A stretch of DNA of 64,000 bases from Callorhinchus milii. Lineage: Eukaryota. Of this stretch, positions 12,226-25,235 are shown one piece after another (the stretch's first letter is position 1; every line of letters starts with the position of its first letter). The DNA lies in NCBI RefSeq assembly GCF_018977255.1, contig NW_024704742.1:27282001-27346000 (forward strand). Direction: 5' to 3'. Made by a program: the position numbers and the translations under genes. A model generated the notes under the pieces. It saw only the letters and a program-made list of their open reading frames with translations. It was not told the DNA's origin and ran no database searches.

Positions 12226-13499
12226 CCCCAAAAAACCCCCAATAAAACAGGCAGACCAATTCCTTGTGAAGCTCTTCAAAATGTTCTAATGTCAGAGGTG
12301 CGATAAGAAATGCAAGGGTATTATAAATTTCTAGTCTCACTTAGCAAGGTCACAAGGCAATTGCAGTTTAGCATGGTTGGATTGGGAAGCAGGAGTTGAA
12401 GTAAAGTGTAGTAAGATAAACAGAGGATCTAAAGTAGGGCATGAGGTACAATATGATTTAGACTAGAGATCTGAGCTGCACTGCAGTGGGAAAGATGTTG
12501 AGTGCTGACACCAGGCAAAAAACAATTGAAAAATATTCTGTTTCTCAGCATTTCATTCTTTCAGCTTGAAGAGCACAAAATTCATCTCTCTAACTCCTCC
12601 TCACGACACAAACGGGAAAGGGAGTTGGCTGGCCTTTTGCTTGCTGACAGTTTTCATTCAGACTTTGACAACTTGTCATTTGCCGCCAGTGAATTTTGCA
12701 AAGCGGCAGTCACCCAGCGGAAGTCACGATGAACAGAATGGGATGTGGAGTGCTGTCTAAATCACAGAGTTTGCAAAAGGATTTGCAAAAATATGTCGAA
12801 TTCATGATATAAAAGGGATGAGAAGCCCCAAAAGCTGCCAAAGTGGGACAAAAAATACCAGTACACTATTCGTTGTCTGTATTTTCCATTTATTTTTTCC
12901 GATGAACAAATATATGAATCCAAATACTAGGCGTATTGAGACGATTGAAAGACTCTTACCTTTGCACTCACCATGTCTTTTGGAGATACTTTTCCACACA
13001 ATGGAACTGTTCCAATATGTGGCTAACGGGGATGGTAGTACACGTCAGGGAATTGTTTACAGACACAAACGGATTTGCAAATTTCTGATTCACTTTTTAT
13101 ACACTGCTGCTACTGTACGATGGGGTCAATTCCCAAAATATATGTAAGGGACAGGAAGTGCTAACTTGCATCTTCTCAGTCAATGGTCCAAACAGCAAAG
13201 CTTTTGGCTGTCGAGAGCAACAAACCTGTAAATCATGAAGGTATAGCACCAGAATAATAATCTTTGCATTTAGTATAGATAGTGTCAGGAGGATGTCTCA
13301 AAGTGCTTTATAAGATATATTGTAAAGTGCAGTTACTGTATTTTAGCAGTGAATCCAGCAGTCAATTTTTGCGTAGTAGTGTGTATGACGATTATATGGT
13401 ATGTTAGCATCGTAACAAGAAGTATCCTCCTGTGTGGGAGGGTGGGGTGGGGAATGGGGGCGGTAAGAAATGATCACCCCCAAGCTTAACTGGCTCCAA

Positions 13500-14095
13500 G
13501 GTGACGTGCTTGGCAACGGAATATCAGAATCGAGCCACCCTCTGTGGGACGTCCTCCCGACGTGAAAGGCGCTCTATAAATGGAATCTTGTTGTTGTTGT
13601 TGTTGTATTGGTCGTCCAATTCCTGAACCAGGCGAATCTGCAATACTCCAGGGCACTGCTGATGACAGCACAGCCAGCCTGACACATCGGCAGGACTTGG
13701 AAGGCAGACCAGTCACTGGGGCAGGGCCTCTGCCCACTCAGCTCCTGTAACTCTGCAAGCCAAACCCTAATGGGCAGTGTGGTCGAAGCTGGACAAGCAG
13801 CAGAAAAGCTTGCCAGACAGTGCTTATAATGGAAACCTATGAGTTCTTTGCTGTTTAATCTCCAGGAATACCTAAACTCACATTCTGGGGTCCCCAAGCC
13901 TTGGCTCTTGGCAATCTGCGCCTAATACTCTCTGGAATTAGGTAAGCAGGACGCATCCCTCCAGGGAGAATGTGTGTACATTCCATTCCAGTGAATATTT
14001 CTGGAATTTCAATATATAGGTAAGATTTATGGAACTCCCAGTTTGGTTTGGATACTCTTAAGCATGGTAATGAGTTTCCACATGTGACCTCCCAA
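13500..14095 (-). repeat. Longest copy of the unclassified dispersed repeat, with a ~65-bp L2 tail inserted at ~13543-13606
   Basis: Colinear in reverse with 47070-47560. The inserted piece reads GGGACGTCCTCCCGACGTGAAAGGCGCTCTATAAATGGAATC(TTG)n. Confidence 0.7.
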
Positions 14096-15989
14096 AAAGC
14101 ATCCTTTCCCTTAATATGTTGCCTCATTTCACAAACTATTTTGGAACTCCATGTGCAGCCTATTAAACCTTGATTCCCAAGATATCAAATAATTTTTGAG
14201 TTTACTGAGAGATTTATTCAGCAATTTACAGAACATTTTCTGAAAGATGAAACAAGTTGGACAAATGTAACATCTCACTCCTTTGATTGTTTTTGTGTGT
14301 CTTATTATTCCGTGTTTTCTTCTACAAACTCATGAATGCAAATACAAGGATTATTATAAATGGAAGTAATCCCACAGTGGCTAATATACCAATACCTTGA
14401 AGGATGGTTTCCAGATATGCGTAAAGGAAAAATATTGCACGTGAACAATAACAACAACTTGCATTTATATAGCATCCTTCATGTGAGGCAGTATTTCAGA
14501 GCGCTGAACAATGAAGTGGATCATATGGAAAAGCACACAAGTCTGTTTTAAAAACGTGCAGTATTCCAATTTTTGTAGAGCAAATTGTGCCCTTAGGGCA
14601 GAACTTCATAGGGAAGTTTCTGCTCTGGGTTATAGTCCAGAATTGAGGGCTGTGCAGCTGTCTGATTGAGTGCTGTAAGTGTTTAGAGCACATGGCGACT
14701 TTGAGAAAGAGCTCATTTGGAATGTAGTGATCCCCATCTCTGCACTGATAATTTGTCAGACCACTTGCTGTGCCTCCTGCAATTTAAACAGAATCACACC
14801 CTTAGCAGATGCTACACCCGCATTTGACTGCCAGCTTGTGTTCTTCCAGCAGATTTATCTTGCTTTTGAATATTTTTATTTTCTTAAGTTTACTGAATTT
14901 GGGGCATTTTTCTTTGCGTTTTTCTTCTTCCTCTCCTCCTCTTCCTATTTTCTCTCCTCCTCTCCTGAATGCGCTGCCCCAACGCTGGCTTTCGGATCTG
15001 CCCGAGTCACCTTTTCACACGGGAGCCCAGACAAATTGAAGGATAAGATCAAACCTCCTTTGTCAGTGCTTTTCTTGCGAATAAGTATATGATTATGCGA
15101 TTGGGTGGGAAGAGGTCATCAAAGCCCAGCCTGATCCCACCATCCACACAGAAACACTTTCCATCGGGGTAACTGAACAATGAACCATGAGCTGTAGTAA
15201 CGATGGGTGATTCTTGCCCTACCAAGTCAGAAGTAAGGGTTGTAAAGGCTGGTTTAGGCCAGCACACTGGACTCATTTAAAAAGCAGCTGTGATTGGAGG
15301 GCGGTAGGGTGGATATTCTGGAGGGATGAGATCAGATGTGCAGAACGGCCTTCTTCATCCAAACCAATTCTGCGATCTTGTGAACACAAAGCGGGGATGA
15401 CATTTTGGGTACATCCGGTCCCTAGGTTCGATTCCTGGCAGGCGAAACTTTGGGCAAGTTTCCAATAAGGTGGTATATCAAATGCAAGGATTATTATTAT
15501 TATTATCTAATTGAGTTTCAGAAAGTGGTTCAACCAAATATGGTGCTGGAGATGTCTAGAATGTGACCTGATTTAAGGGAGAGCGTCCTCATTTCAGGAA
15601 AGGGTAGTGAAGAGAACAGCATGTATTGTGGTTTTGCTCTGGAAATGATGCTGTCGTGCTGCGTCTTTGAAAGAATATTAAAGAACTGCTTTCGTTTTTA
15701 CACTTTGTGGATGATGGTGGCCTTTTAAGTGATAATGATATGGATTGCCGTCTGTGGTAAGCAATCTCTCCCTCGGTCGTTGTGAATTTTAAATCTCTCG
15801 GTGAAGACTGCAACAGTAATATGGTATTTAGATATTGCCATGCATTAGGAAATGTCTTGTGTCCCACACATTTCTGCAATCTTGCATTTCTTCCAAGATA
15901 TTTACTATGTTGTAAACAGAGTCTTGGCATAACTTAATGTAAAAATGAAAGCAGCTTTCAAATCCATTCAAGCTACTCACATACCCAGA

Positions 15990-16285
15990 ATCTGTCCTTC
16001 GGATGAGACGTCAAACCGGGGTCCTGTCTGCCTGTTCAGGTGGACTTTAGAGATCCCATGACACTACTCATAGAGAGAAGGAAGTTTCTCCTAATGTTCT
16101 GACTAATTGGTTCCCCCAAATAAAATTGATCACTCACTCCATGGCTGTTTGTGGGACATTGCTGTGCATAAACTGGCTGCCGCATTTTGCCCACCAAATA
16201 TACAATCAATTCACTAAGTATATTCAATGAAGCGCTTTGAGATGTCTCGAAGACGTGATAAGAATGCATGGATTATTATTATTAT
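15990..16285 (+). mobile_element. DeuSINE, 5'-truncated, with L2-derived tail
   Basis: TGTCCTTCGGATGAGACGTCAAACC..CAGGTGGAC..AGATCCCATG..GAAGCGCTTTGAGA..(ATT)n. Confidence 0.85.
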
Positions 16286-19200
16286 AAATACAGTCAATCC
16301 ACTTTACAGTATATCCTGTGAGGATTCTCAATGCCATTATAAGGTGCTATATAAAATGCAAGGATTATAATTATATTATTATACCACTTGCCAAAGACAC
16401 TTGCTTCTGTTTCACATTTTTTCTTGAGGGAGTGTATCATCAGGCTGCGGTGAACAGACCCTGTCCCCAAAGTGTTTATTACTGGGTAAAGAATGTGTCT
16501 CTTGGTTGTGAGTATATGTGTGTTTACAAGCACATGCACCTAAAAGCAGTAAACACCTTAAATCAGGAACTTGTTTATTGTTGGGACTGGCTCTCTTTTT
16601 CCAGAGTTGATGTAGTCTTATGTAAACTCAGAGTGACATTGAAACACAAATAATGGACTTAGAATAAAATTGAACTGCTCTCCTCCTTCCCAGATGCATT
16701 TTATTTCACCGCCAGTCTATAAGCATTCGGCTCTGAAATATATATTTTTTTAAATTTTTAACCTTAGGGACCTAATACTTAATTATCTATAGTTTACTTA
16801 AACCGCTGTGGATTAAGTAATTGTGTTGTTTGTATAATTAATATTATTGTATGACAGAATGATGTCAACCCTAAATATTCTGAGACAAAAACAGTCCTTA
16901 ATTGCCTCATTTTTGGTGAGAAACATTTATTTGCAATTACAAAGGTCAAGCTCTTAAGTAAGTCACTTTGTGCAAATGTTCACAGTTAATTTCTTGGTAA
17001 TTTGAGGTTATGCCTCAAGAGTAATTTTACTCGTGTCACATTGCTGTGAATTTGCTATTGCTCATTTCCGTCTATTTTAACCACACCAACAGCAATTCCG
17101 TGAGGAAACTTAATTCGTATTCTCACTTTTTCCTTCTCTCCTCACTTTTTCCTTCTCTCCTCTCTTGAAGATGTTGATTCCATCCTGGAGTTTACGTTCC
17201 ATTGATGTGACAGAACAGACACAGGAATGTAAGGAAACAGCAATAGGATATACCTATTGAGTCATCGAGTCTGTCCAACAGTTTATTAGATCTTGGCAGA
17301 TATTTTAATGCCAATGCCTCACCTTTTAGCCATAACCTTTAATACCTCCACTACCCAAGTAAATGTCTGTCTTTTAAACATCCTGAATGATTCAGCACCT
17401 AGAACTTTCTGGGTCAGAGCATTGGACTTCTTCAAACCCTTTGTATGAAGTAATGCTTCCTGAACCTCAACTGAAAGCTGTGTGGATTAAAAGGAATGTA
17501 GGTAAACACTTAAATAATAGAGAAGTAAATCAATATTGGAAAAGTGTAGTCAAATGGGATTAGAATAAATAGCTCCCATGGTGGATCTAATGACCTCCTT
17601 CTGTGCTAAAATATCTGGGATCTAGTGCTTAGAATTTATACCCAACATCTTAAGGAAGTCTAGATTAGAGGGAAGGGCCTTTCCCATTCAAACTCACTCT
17701 TCCCAGCATCAATGAACAACAACCCCAATTCCAATTGCGCAAATATCAGGCAATTCACAAGAAGGGGTGAAATAATTCGAAGAAGAGAAGGTGAATCACA
17801 ACCTGTAAAATCTCAACCTCAAATTATGTTGAGGCGCCCTCTTTCAAAACACATTCACCCCAAATTACAGACATGAATCTTGCCAGCAGTGTTCTTACTT
17901 TATGGTTTCAAGGTATAGATGATATCATGGGCAAAAATTTATGAGCCGTCCTGTAATTTAAGTGTTATTATTATTCTTGCCCTGTGTGTATTGTAACTAT
18001 TAACAGAAACTAATTTTAAAGATGCCGTGTAATCTCAGGGCTCAGATACTGTTGTTGCTCTGTCCCAGAAAGCTGTAGAGGCAAAATCAGAAGGGATGTT
18101 TACAAGAGAGGTAGACAGATACTTGGGTAATAGAGGTGTACAGTGAATGGTGAAAAGGATATTGGGATTAAAAGATCTGACAAGATCTAATAAACTGGTG
18201 GAAAGGACACGATGGGCTGCGTTTCCTGTTCCTCCTGTTTTCCTACATTTCCTAGTCGTGTCAGAAGCGTCATTTTCATGATTCATAGCATGATTATTAT
18301 TATTATCTAGAGCTTTCAATTGGATTGCCCATGTTGCCACTGCCTGCTACCCTTTATTCAATATATGTTTTTGGGTGAACATACAGTGAAATGTAGAGAA
18401 ATCTTCTTTAATTGTTACCAAACCTTTGAAATAACTTTCAATCGTCGTGTCTCAGCAGTTCAACTGCATTTAAAGGGGCAGAATCTTCATGAAAAAGTGT
18501 TTGAGCAAATTCTGTGTGGGGAAGAAGCGTCAATTCCAATGAACTCAGACGAACAGAGCGATACACACAAATCATTGTTTGCGTGCAAACCACAACAGAG
18601 CAGCAATATTTTCAACAAAGAAATTGACCATTTTGAGCTGATTTGTTTTCACAAAGTATGATTATACCGGAGAGTTTTACATTTGAGAGCCATGAATGAA
18701 TAGAGTTTTGAAATATTCCAAATGTCCTTTTTGAACAAAGTGCTTGAAATTGTACATTATTCAGCACCCCCATGGTTAAAATACGCCAGCACAGACAGTC
18801 CTGTGATCTTGATTAATTGCATACAGTTAAAGATAGTTAAAATGATCACTGTCAAAGCAAGGCTTTATTTTTGTCAAGTGTCACATTGAGGGGAAGTGGG
18901 GGAAGGGAGGGGAGGCAAAGAGAGATAGAGGGCGCTCAGTGATGTGACATACATGTACATCACGCACCTTGTTTTCACGATAAAAATATTTAGCAAAAAA
19001 ATTAAATTAGCAAACAAAATTACCTGAAATTTATATTGTTTAATTTAATGATGCTGGCAAGAGACTGTCTATTTAAGGATGTGGATGGCTGCCTTTGTCA
19101 GATCCCCATGTTCTGGCATGTGTGAAAAATGACTGAGAATAAACAAGCAGTCACAGAGGACTACCTCATTAGCTGCAATTTGCAGGGAAATGCTTTGACC

Positions 19201-19449
19201 AGTTTTGTACAGTTTGGGGTTTGACAGATATCCCTTAGTGCTTCAGACCTCCCGAAGCTGCAGGAAAAACAATTAGCAGCGATAAAAATAGATAATTCAT
19301 ATCAACATCCTTTTTGAAAGAAGAGCAAGTTTGCCTCTTGCAGACTTGAATGTTGAGAAACTTTGTGCATTTCAAAATATTGCACTGAAGAAGCACCTGG
19401 AAATTAAAGAACATTTGTTACAAAGGTTGTGTGCGTAACCTAAATGCTT

Positions 19450-19795
19450 TAATAATAATAATAATCCTTGCATTTGATATAGCTCCTTATTGCATTGTTA
19501 AGACATTTTAAATGCATTACAGAATATACTGTAAAGTGAATTGACAGTATATTTTGTGGGCAAAACATGGCAGCAAATTGCACACAGCAGCATCCCACTA
19601 ACAATTGTGGAATGAGTGACCACATTTTTTTTGAGGGATTATTATTTCCAGAAAGTGAACTGCCAATTGACTAACAACTAGGGTCTTACTTCTAGGCTTG
19701 TGGAGGAAGAAGCTTACTTAAAGTTTTGCCCCACTTGGGAGTCAAATCCATATATTCTTGCTTGCGAGACGAGTGCTCTATTCACTACGCTATGG
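19450..19795 (-). mobile_element. tRNA-derived SINE2 with L2-like tail (resembles chimaera SINE2 families)
   Basis: Minus-strand head TAGCGTAGTG..AGAGCAC..TTTGACTCCC (A/B-box-like). Body shared with copies at 36625-36969, 46085-46410 and 48432-48735; (ATT)n tail. Confidence 0.75.
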
Positions 19796-22409
19796 TTTAA
19801 CTCAAACCTGTTTTGTGGGTGTTATTTTTTTGTTGATTGTCATTGCTTGAGACTTTTTTTCAATTCAGTAACTCTTTGATATTTCACAGCTCATCATGCC
19901 TTTTAAATGTGTTAACGTTAACTGGCTGATACCAGGAGACAACTTTTATTGCATACGGGAAGAAACGTTGCAATATTGCCTTATTCTCCAGAACTGATGT
20001 TATGCTCCGTGTGGTGTGAATGACTCCCAAGTTTATAATGTCTCAGTGCATGTGCTAAATGAGCCCATTCAAATGTAGATAGGTTGGTCTCAATATTACG
20101 CTGGCTTTTACCAGCTGAAAACCCACAGACCACATCTCTCTCCCTCTCAATATGGCTGGTTTGATTCACTACATGTTTCCTCCATGTTGATGCTGGTCCT
20201 AACAATCACTGCAGTTGAAAATTGCAGTGAGTGAGGTTCCACTGTGTTGAGTAGAGACATTTTGTTCAGTAAGTATCTGTTGAATTTCCTTCATCTGTTG
20301 CGTATTATACTTTATGTGACCGGCGCGCTGAAAACGGAAAGGTGAAAGAGCACATCGGCGCTTTAGTCAAAATGTTCCGGAAAGTGGAAGAAGGCCAGTT
20401 TGTATCCTTGCTTTCCAAAGGAAGAGCCCACTGTCTTGAGCAAAGGGCAAAGGAAGACATGGAAATAACAACAATAATAAAATATTTTGCATTTAATATA
20501 GCACCTTATCATGTCGTTGAAACATTTCAAAGCGCTTCACAGAATATACTGTAAAGTGGATTGACTGGGTATTTTGTGGGTGAAATGCAGCAGCCAATTG
20601 TGCACGGTAATGTTCCACAAACAGTCATGAAGTGAATGACCATAATAATAGAGGACAAGGGCTTCCAGCTAGGAGGGAAGGAAACATCAAAGGGGGAATT
20701 GCAGTGCCCCACTCCTAGCAGCTTTTACAAAGCTATCTTGGAGCAGGAAGCTGGCAAACTCCAGTATCTCTGGATGGGTAACAGTGTGGCAGAACACCAA
20801 AAGAGGGAGGATTCATTTTTCATTTCACAATTCAATGAACTGCTCACGTACATTTGGGGTTTAAGCATATTACTGTCCAGCACTCTCAGCCTGAAGTGAA
20901 CACTGGGTACCAGAACAAAGTGATATATATACATGTTAACATTTATTGCTGGGAGGTGTAAGTGTTAAGCAGTTAGACAATGGCAAACAAAAAGAACGTG
21001 CATTTAATGTAGATTTTAGTACAGGGGGTTGTTGAGTCAACAGATGAAGGTGAGTTTTAAACCAGCCCCTTGGTGCTGAAACCGAGATAAGCTAGCACTT
21101 TTGTGTGAATGCATCAGTGCCATTAGATAACATATAAATGCATTGATTGTTTTTTTTTGTCAGACTTCCTAATTTATTTTATATTGTTGTCTGTGAGGTC
21201 CTGATGTGAGGAGCAGTTCTGACACCCAGTAATGAAAGGTTCTGAGACTGAGTGAATGTGCGATCTATCCAGGGCATTACAATGGTGGCTTGTCAGTCAC
21301 ATTCCTCCTTTAAGCCTAATCAGTGACACACAATCATTTAGGATAAATTGCATTTTGTCCCACGTTGAGTCATGCCAAGTTTTATAAAATTAATATGCAG
21401 AGGCAACATAAAACACAGCCCGTGGGGCTGAGTCTCCCAGTCATTACTCTGCTGGAACTCATTGGTTACTGCACAGAAAGCGACATATTATAACATATTC
21501 CATTTTTTTCTGGTGAAAACTCTTGTGTCGTCTCACCCCCACCTTTCCAATAACGTGTTGAGGATAATCACAGTTTAACCTTCTAAACTGCTAACCTTGG
21601 GTCAAGGATTTCCCACCAGTTATTAATGTCGGGAGATTCCTCCAGAAGGTAAGCAAAGAACGTTTTGCTCATGACCTGAACAGCAGTCATTACAAATTCA
21701 CTTTGCTGTCTGAAGGTTGTGAGCTATTCCTTGGAAAAAGCTTGTGCTCACGATAGATGAGATCAAAGGAAAATGTGGAGTGACTGACATATTCGCCAAT
21801 AAATGGTCACTACACGTGATAGCAATAATGGTAACTTAATTTGAGATGTTTCGACTTTACAGATGCTCTAAAAGTCCTTTCTTATTAGTTCTTGAAGCAA
21901 ACCTATAGATTTTAACTTTATGGCATTTTGTGGGCTATTCTTTAACCTGCATTGGTTCAAATAACAGTTTTGAATCACAAGAGATTTGTATAATGAAGCA
22001 CTCCCCAGTACTGCCCTCCTCGAATTACAGAATCCTGTCAGAAATTGCTGCTCATTAGATCTCAGCATTGAAAGTTTGAACCATCTTAGAGATTCAGATC
22101 CAGAAAATATCAGCAAAAGTGGGCAGCGCAGCAGCTTGCAGAGTTCTGTCTGTCATGTCTCCGTGCAATAGAAGTTTTTTTTAAAAAAGAGAAATAGGTT
22201 TGAGATCTTCCACCTGATACAAGTGATCTTCTGAAAAATTGGCAGAACATTTCAGCTCCTTTTGGCAGTCAATTTGTAGATTGTTTAAATTGAGGGCTAA
22301 ACTGGATTTCAGCACTGATCCATATTCATTCCTGGTTAAAATGCTTGAATGGTTCTGTAAAACATCTCATTGTTTGTGATGCTTATTAATAAAACAGATA
22401 ACTGATGTA

Positions 22410-22790
22410 ATTGTGTATCCAAGGCGATGGACAATCGAGGGTTTGCACTGAGCTGGGGTTGGATTCGGAAGAGTTGGCACCCAAGGGGGGAGGGAAAGGA
22501 AGATGACTGAAGGCGCTGTCAAAGTGGAAGGTCTTGAGACGGACCTTGAAGGAGGTGAGAGAAGGGGTGAGGCAAAGGGTCTCCAGGATGGAGTTCCATA
22601 GAGTGGAGGTAGATAGGCAAGAAGCCCGACCACTGATAGTGGGCCAGGCAGGGTGGGGGATGCAAAGCAGGCCAGTATCTGCTGAGCAGAGGAAGCGGGA
22701 GGGTTGGTAGGATTTAAGAAGGTCTCAGAGTTAGGGTCGGGCAAGACCGTGGAGGGATTCAACTTGAAGACGAGGATCTTGAACTCGGTA
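22410..22790 (-). mobile_element. L2 3' fragment
   Basis: Similar to the 3' part of the L2 at 273-720 (TTCAAGATCCTCGTC, TGGAACTCCATCC, CTTCAAGGTCCGTCTCAAGACC). Confidence 0.8.
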
Positions 22791-22913
22791 CTTCAGGGAA
22801 ATATTTTATAGTGGCAATTTCATGGGGAATATTATCACATGCCACAATGTTGCTCACAGCAATCTTCTCAGGGACACATTGTACCTGAGTCGAAGTTCAC
22901 TAAATTCATGTAG

Positions 22914-23063
22914 CATTTCAAAGTGTCCAGAATTTGGCAAATTCTTAGATACAACCTTAAATGTGAAGCAGACTTTCTAAAGTTATTTTAAGAAGCACAG
23001 AAAAACAGCTTCAGAGTTAAGACTGAAATCAGCAATTTGCTAAATTCTGGATGTTCTGAAGTG
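22914..23063. repeat. Imperfect ~150-bp palindrome (MITE-like hairpin element)
   Basis: CATTTCAAAGTGTCCAGAATTTGGCAAATT..CTTAAATGTGAAGC pairs with GCTTCAGAGTTAAG..AATTTGCTAAATTCTGGATGTTCTGAAGTG. Confidence 0.7.
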
Positions 23064-23897
23064 TGTTAATAGAAATACAAGGATTGTCAGCTTGGCTCAG
23101 CTGGAGGTGTCAGTCCAGCTCAGTCAGAAGGTAGCACGCTCACTTCTGAGTCATAAATTTGTGGGTTCCAGGTCAGATTGGCATTTTGAACTCACATGGT
23201 CTACCACAGATACTTTGCTGTGAATACTGTAAGTGCTTTGAGACGTCCCCTTGATGTGTAAGGAACTGCATCAAATAAAATGATTGTTAGTTATAGGATT
23301 TTAAATGTTCTTTCTCTGCCAACTTTCTCTACCAATTTGAAGAATTATTTTTAGCTTAGACCTTCACATGAGGGAGAGGGGAATACAAGGGTATGGGAAG
23401 GAATGGGTGAAGATTTGTGTGGATTTTTTTCTCTTTTTCTTTGTATTCTTTGTATTCGTCAGTGTAGACTCAGGTGGAATTTCTCCCCATGCATTTCTCT
23501 GCATAATTAAAGACTGAAAGAGGTTGCCAGGAGAGATGGTTGAAGTCAGAACACTGGTCTTATTTAAAAATTGCTTGAAGCATTGATGGGAGGAAGGTAG
23601 GAGGAATTCTGGAAAGATTGGATCAGATTGGCTGAAGGGTCTTCTTCATTCAAACCAATCTTGGAATCTTGTGATTTCGCATCCTTCTCTTCTGTGGGTG
23701 TCGACTCCTTCTGGGATAAAGTTCTTTTTAAGAGCTACAGAAAAGTAGCTTTCAAAATCAAACTGAATTAAAATACCTTGCAAAACTACGAACCGTCTTA
23801 AATTGTGAAACATTGGTCTTGAAACTCAGACCATGGGAAATTTCAGGCCTCTGATCACCGGTGGTGCAATTCCAGGTTAGTGTAATTTTCTCCAATT

Positions 23898-25235
23898 ACA
23901 ACAACAAGATTACAATTGTATAGCGCCTTTCATGTTGGGAGGACGTCCCAAGGCGCTGGACAGTGTACAGCATTTCAGACCCGAGCTGGGGTCGGGTGGG
24001 GGAAAGAAGGGGAGGGGAAGGGGGATGGCCGATGGCATGGTCAAAGGGGAGGGTCTTGAGGTGGGACTTGAAGGAGACTGAGGAGGGGGTGAGGCGGAGT
24101 GATCGGGGAATGGAACTCCAGAGGTTGGGGGCAGAGTGGTTGAAGGCTCTTCCACCAACGGTGGGACGGGTGGGTCAGGGGACGTGGAGCAGGCCGGAGC
24201 TGGCTGAGCGGAGGGAACAGGCGGTTTGGTAGGGGTTTAGGAGGTCGCAGAGGTAGGGTGGGGCGAGGCCATGGAGGGCTTTGTAGGTGATGACCAGGAT
24301 CTTGAACTGGATCCTCTGAAGGATAGGGAGCAAATGGAGTTCGGGCGAGAGTGGGGGAGATGGGGGTCACAAAGTTTGGTGTGGGAGAGGCCACGGGCTG
24401 CAGAGTTCTGGATTATCTGCAGCCTATGGAGGGAGGAGTTGGGAAGACCGACAAGCAGGGCGTTTGCATAGTCGAGCCTGGAGGTGATGAAGGCATGAAC
24501 AAGAGTTTCAGCGGCCTGAGGGGTGAGGTAGTGGCGGAGTCGGGCGATGTTACGGAGGTGAGGGAAGGCAAAGTGATCATGGCTTGAATGTGGGGGAGAA
24601 AAGATAATTGAAGGTTGAACAAGACACCGAGGTTCCTGACTGGCGGTGAGTTGTAGTGAGCAACCATGGACGTTGATGCTGCCGGAGCCTGAGGTGCTGA
24701 GGCGCTGGCGTGAGCCAATCAGGAGGGCCTCAGTCTTGTTCACATTCAACTGTAGGAAATTTGCCCTCATCCAGGACTTGACGTCCAACAGGCAGTCTGT
24801 CAGGACAGCAGTGGTCCTGGAGTTGATAGTGGAGGCAGAAAGATAGAGTTGGGTGTCATCCGCATACATGTCTGCGGATGATGTCACCAAGGGGGAGCAT
24901 GTAGATATTAAAGAGGAGAGAGCCAAGGACAGAGCCCTGGGGGATGCCAGACATGACAGTGCGGGGGCTGGAGGAGAAACCATTCGAGGCAACAAAGTGG
25001 AGATGGTGAGAGAGAGAAGAATTGAACCAGGCAAGGGCAGGTCCGTGAAGATTGAATAAAGAGGAGCGGCGCCGTATGAGGATGGAGTGGTCGACAGTGT
25101 CGAAGGCGGCAGAGAGGTTGAGGAGGACAAGGAGGCAGAGGGAGCCCCTGATCACAGATGTTCAGAATGTCATTAGTAATTTTGACCAGGGCTGTTTCCG
25201 TGCTGTGGGCAGTGCGGAAGCCGGATGGGAGGGGA
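23898..25235 (-). mobile_element. 5'-truncated L2 LINE with frameshifts
   Basis: Encodes [52 protein letters not shown] and SRLDYAN; (TTG)n tail at the left end. Confidence 0.92.

Noticed and set aside
14885..15020. Minus-strand peptide GGEEEEKRKEKCPKF resembling the end of DIAPH3 exon 1 (EKRPKF)
   Set aside because: It is on the opposite strand to the DIAPH exon, has an upstream in-frame stop with no ATG, and lies in low-complexity purine-rich sequence.
17121..17163. Short tandem duplication CTCACTTTTTCCTTCTCTC x2
   Set aside because: Ordinary slippage duplication.
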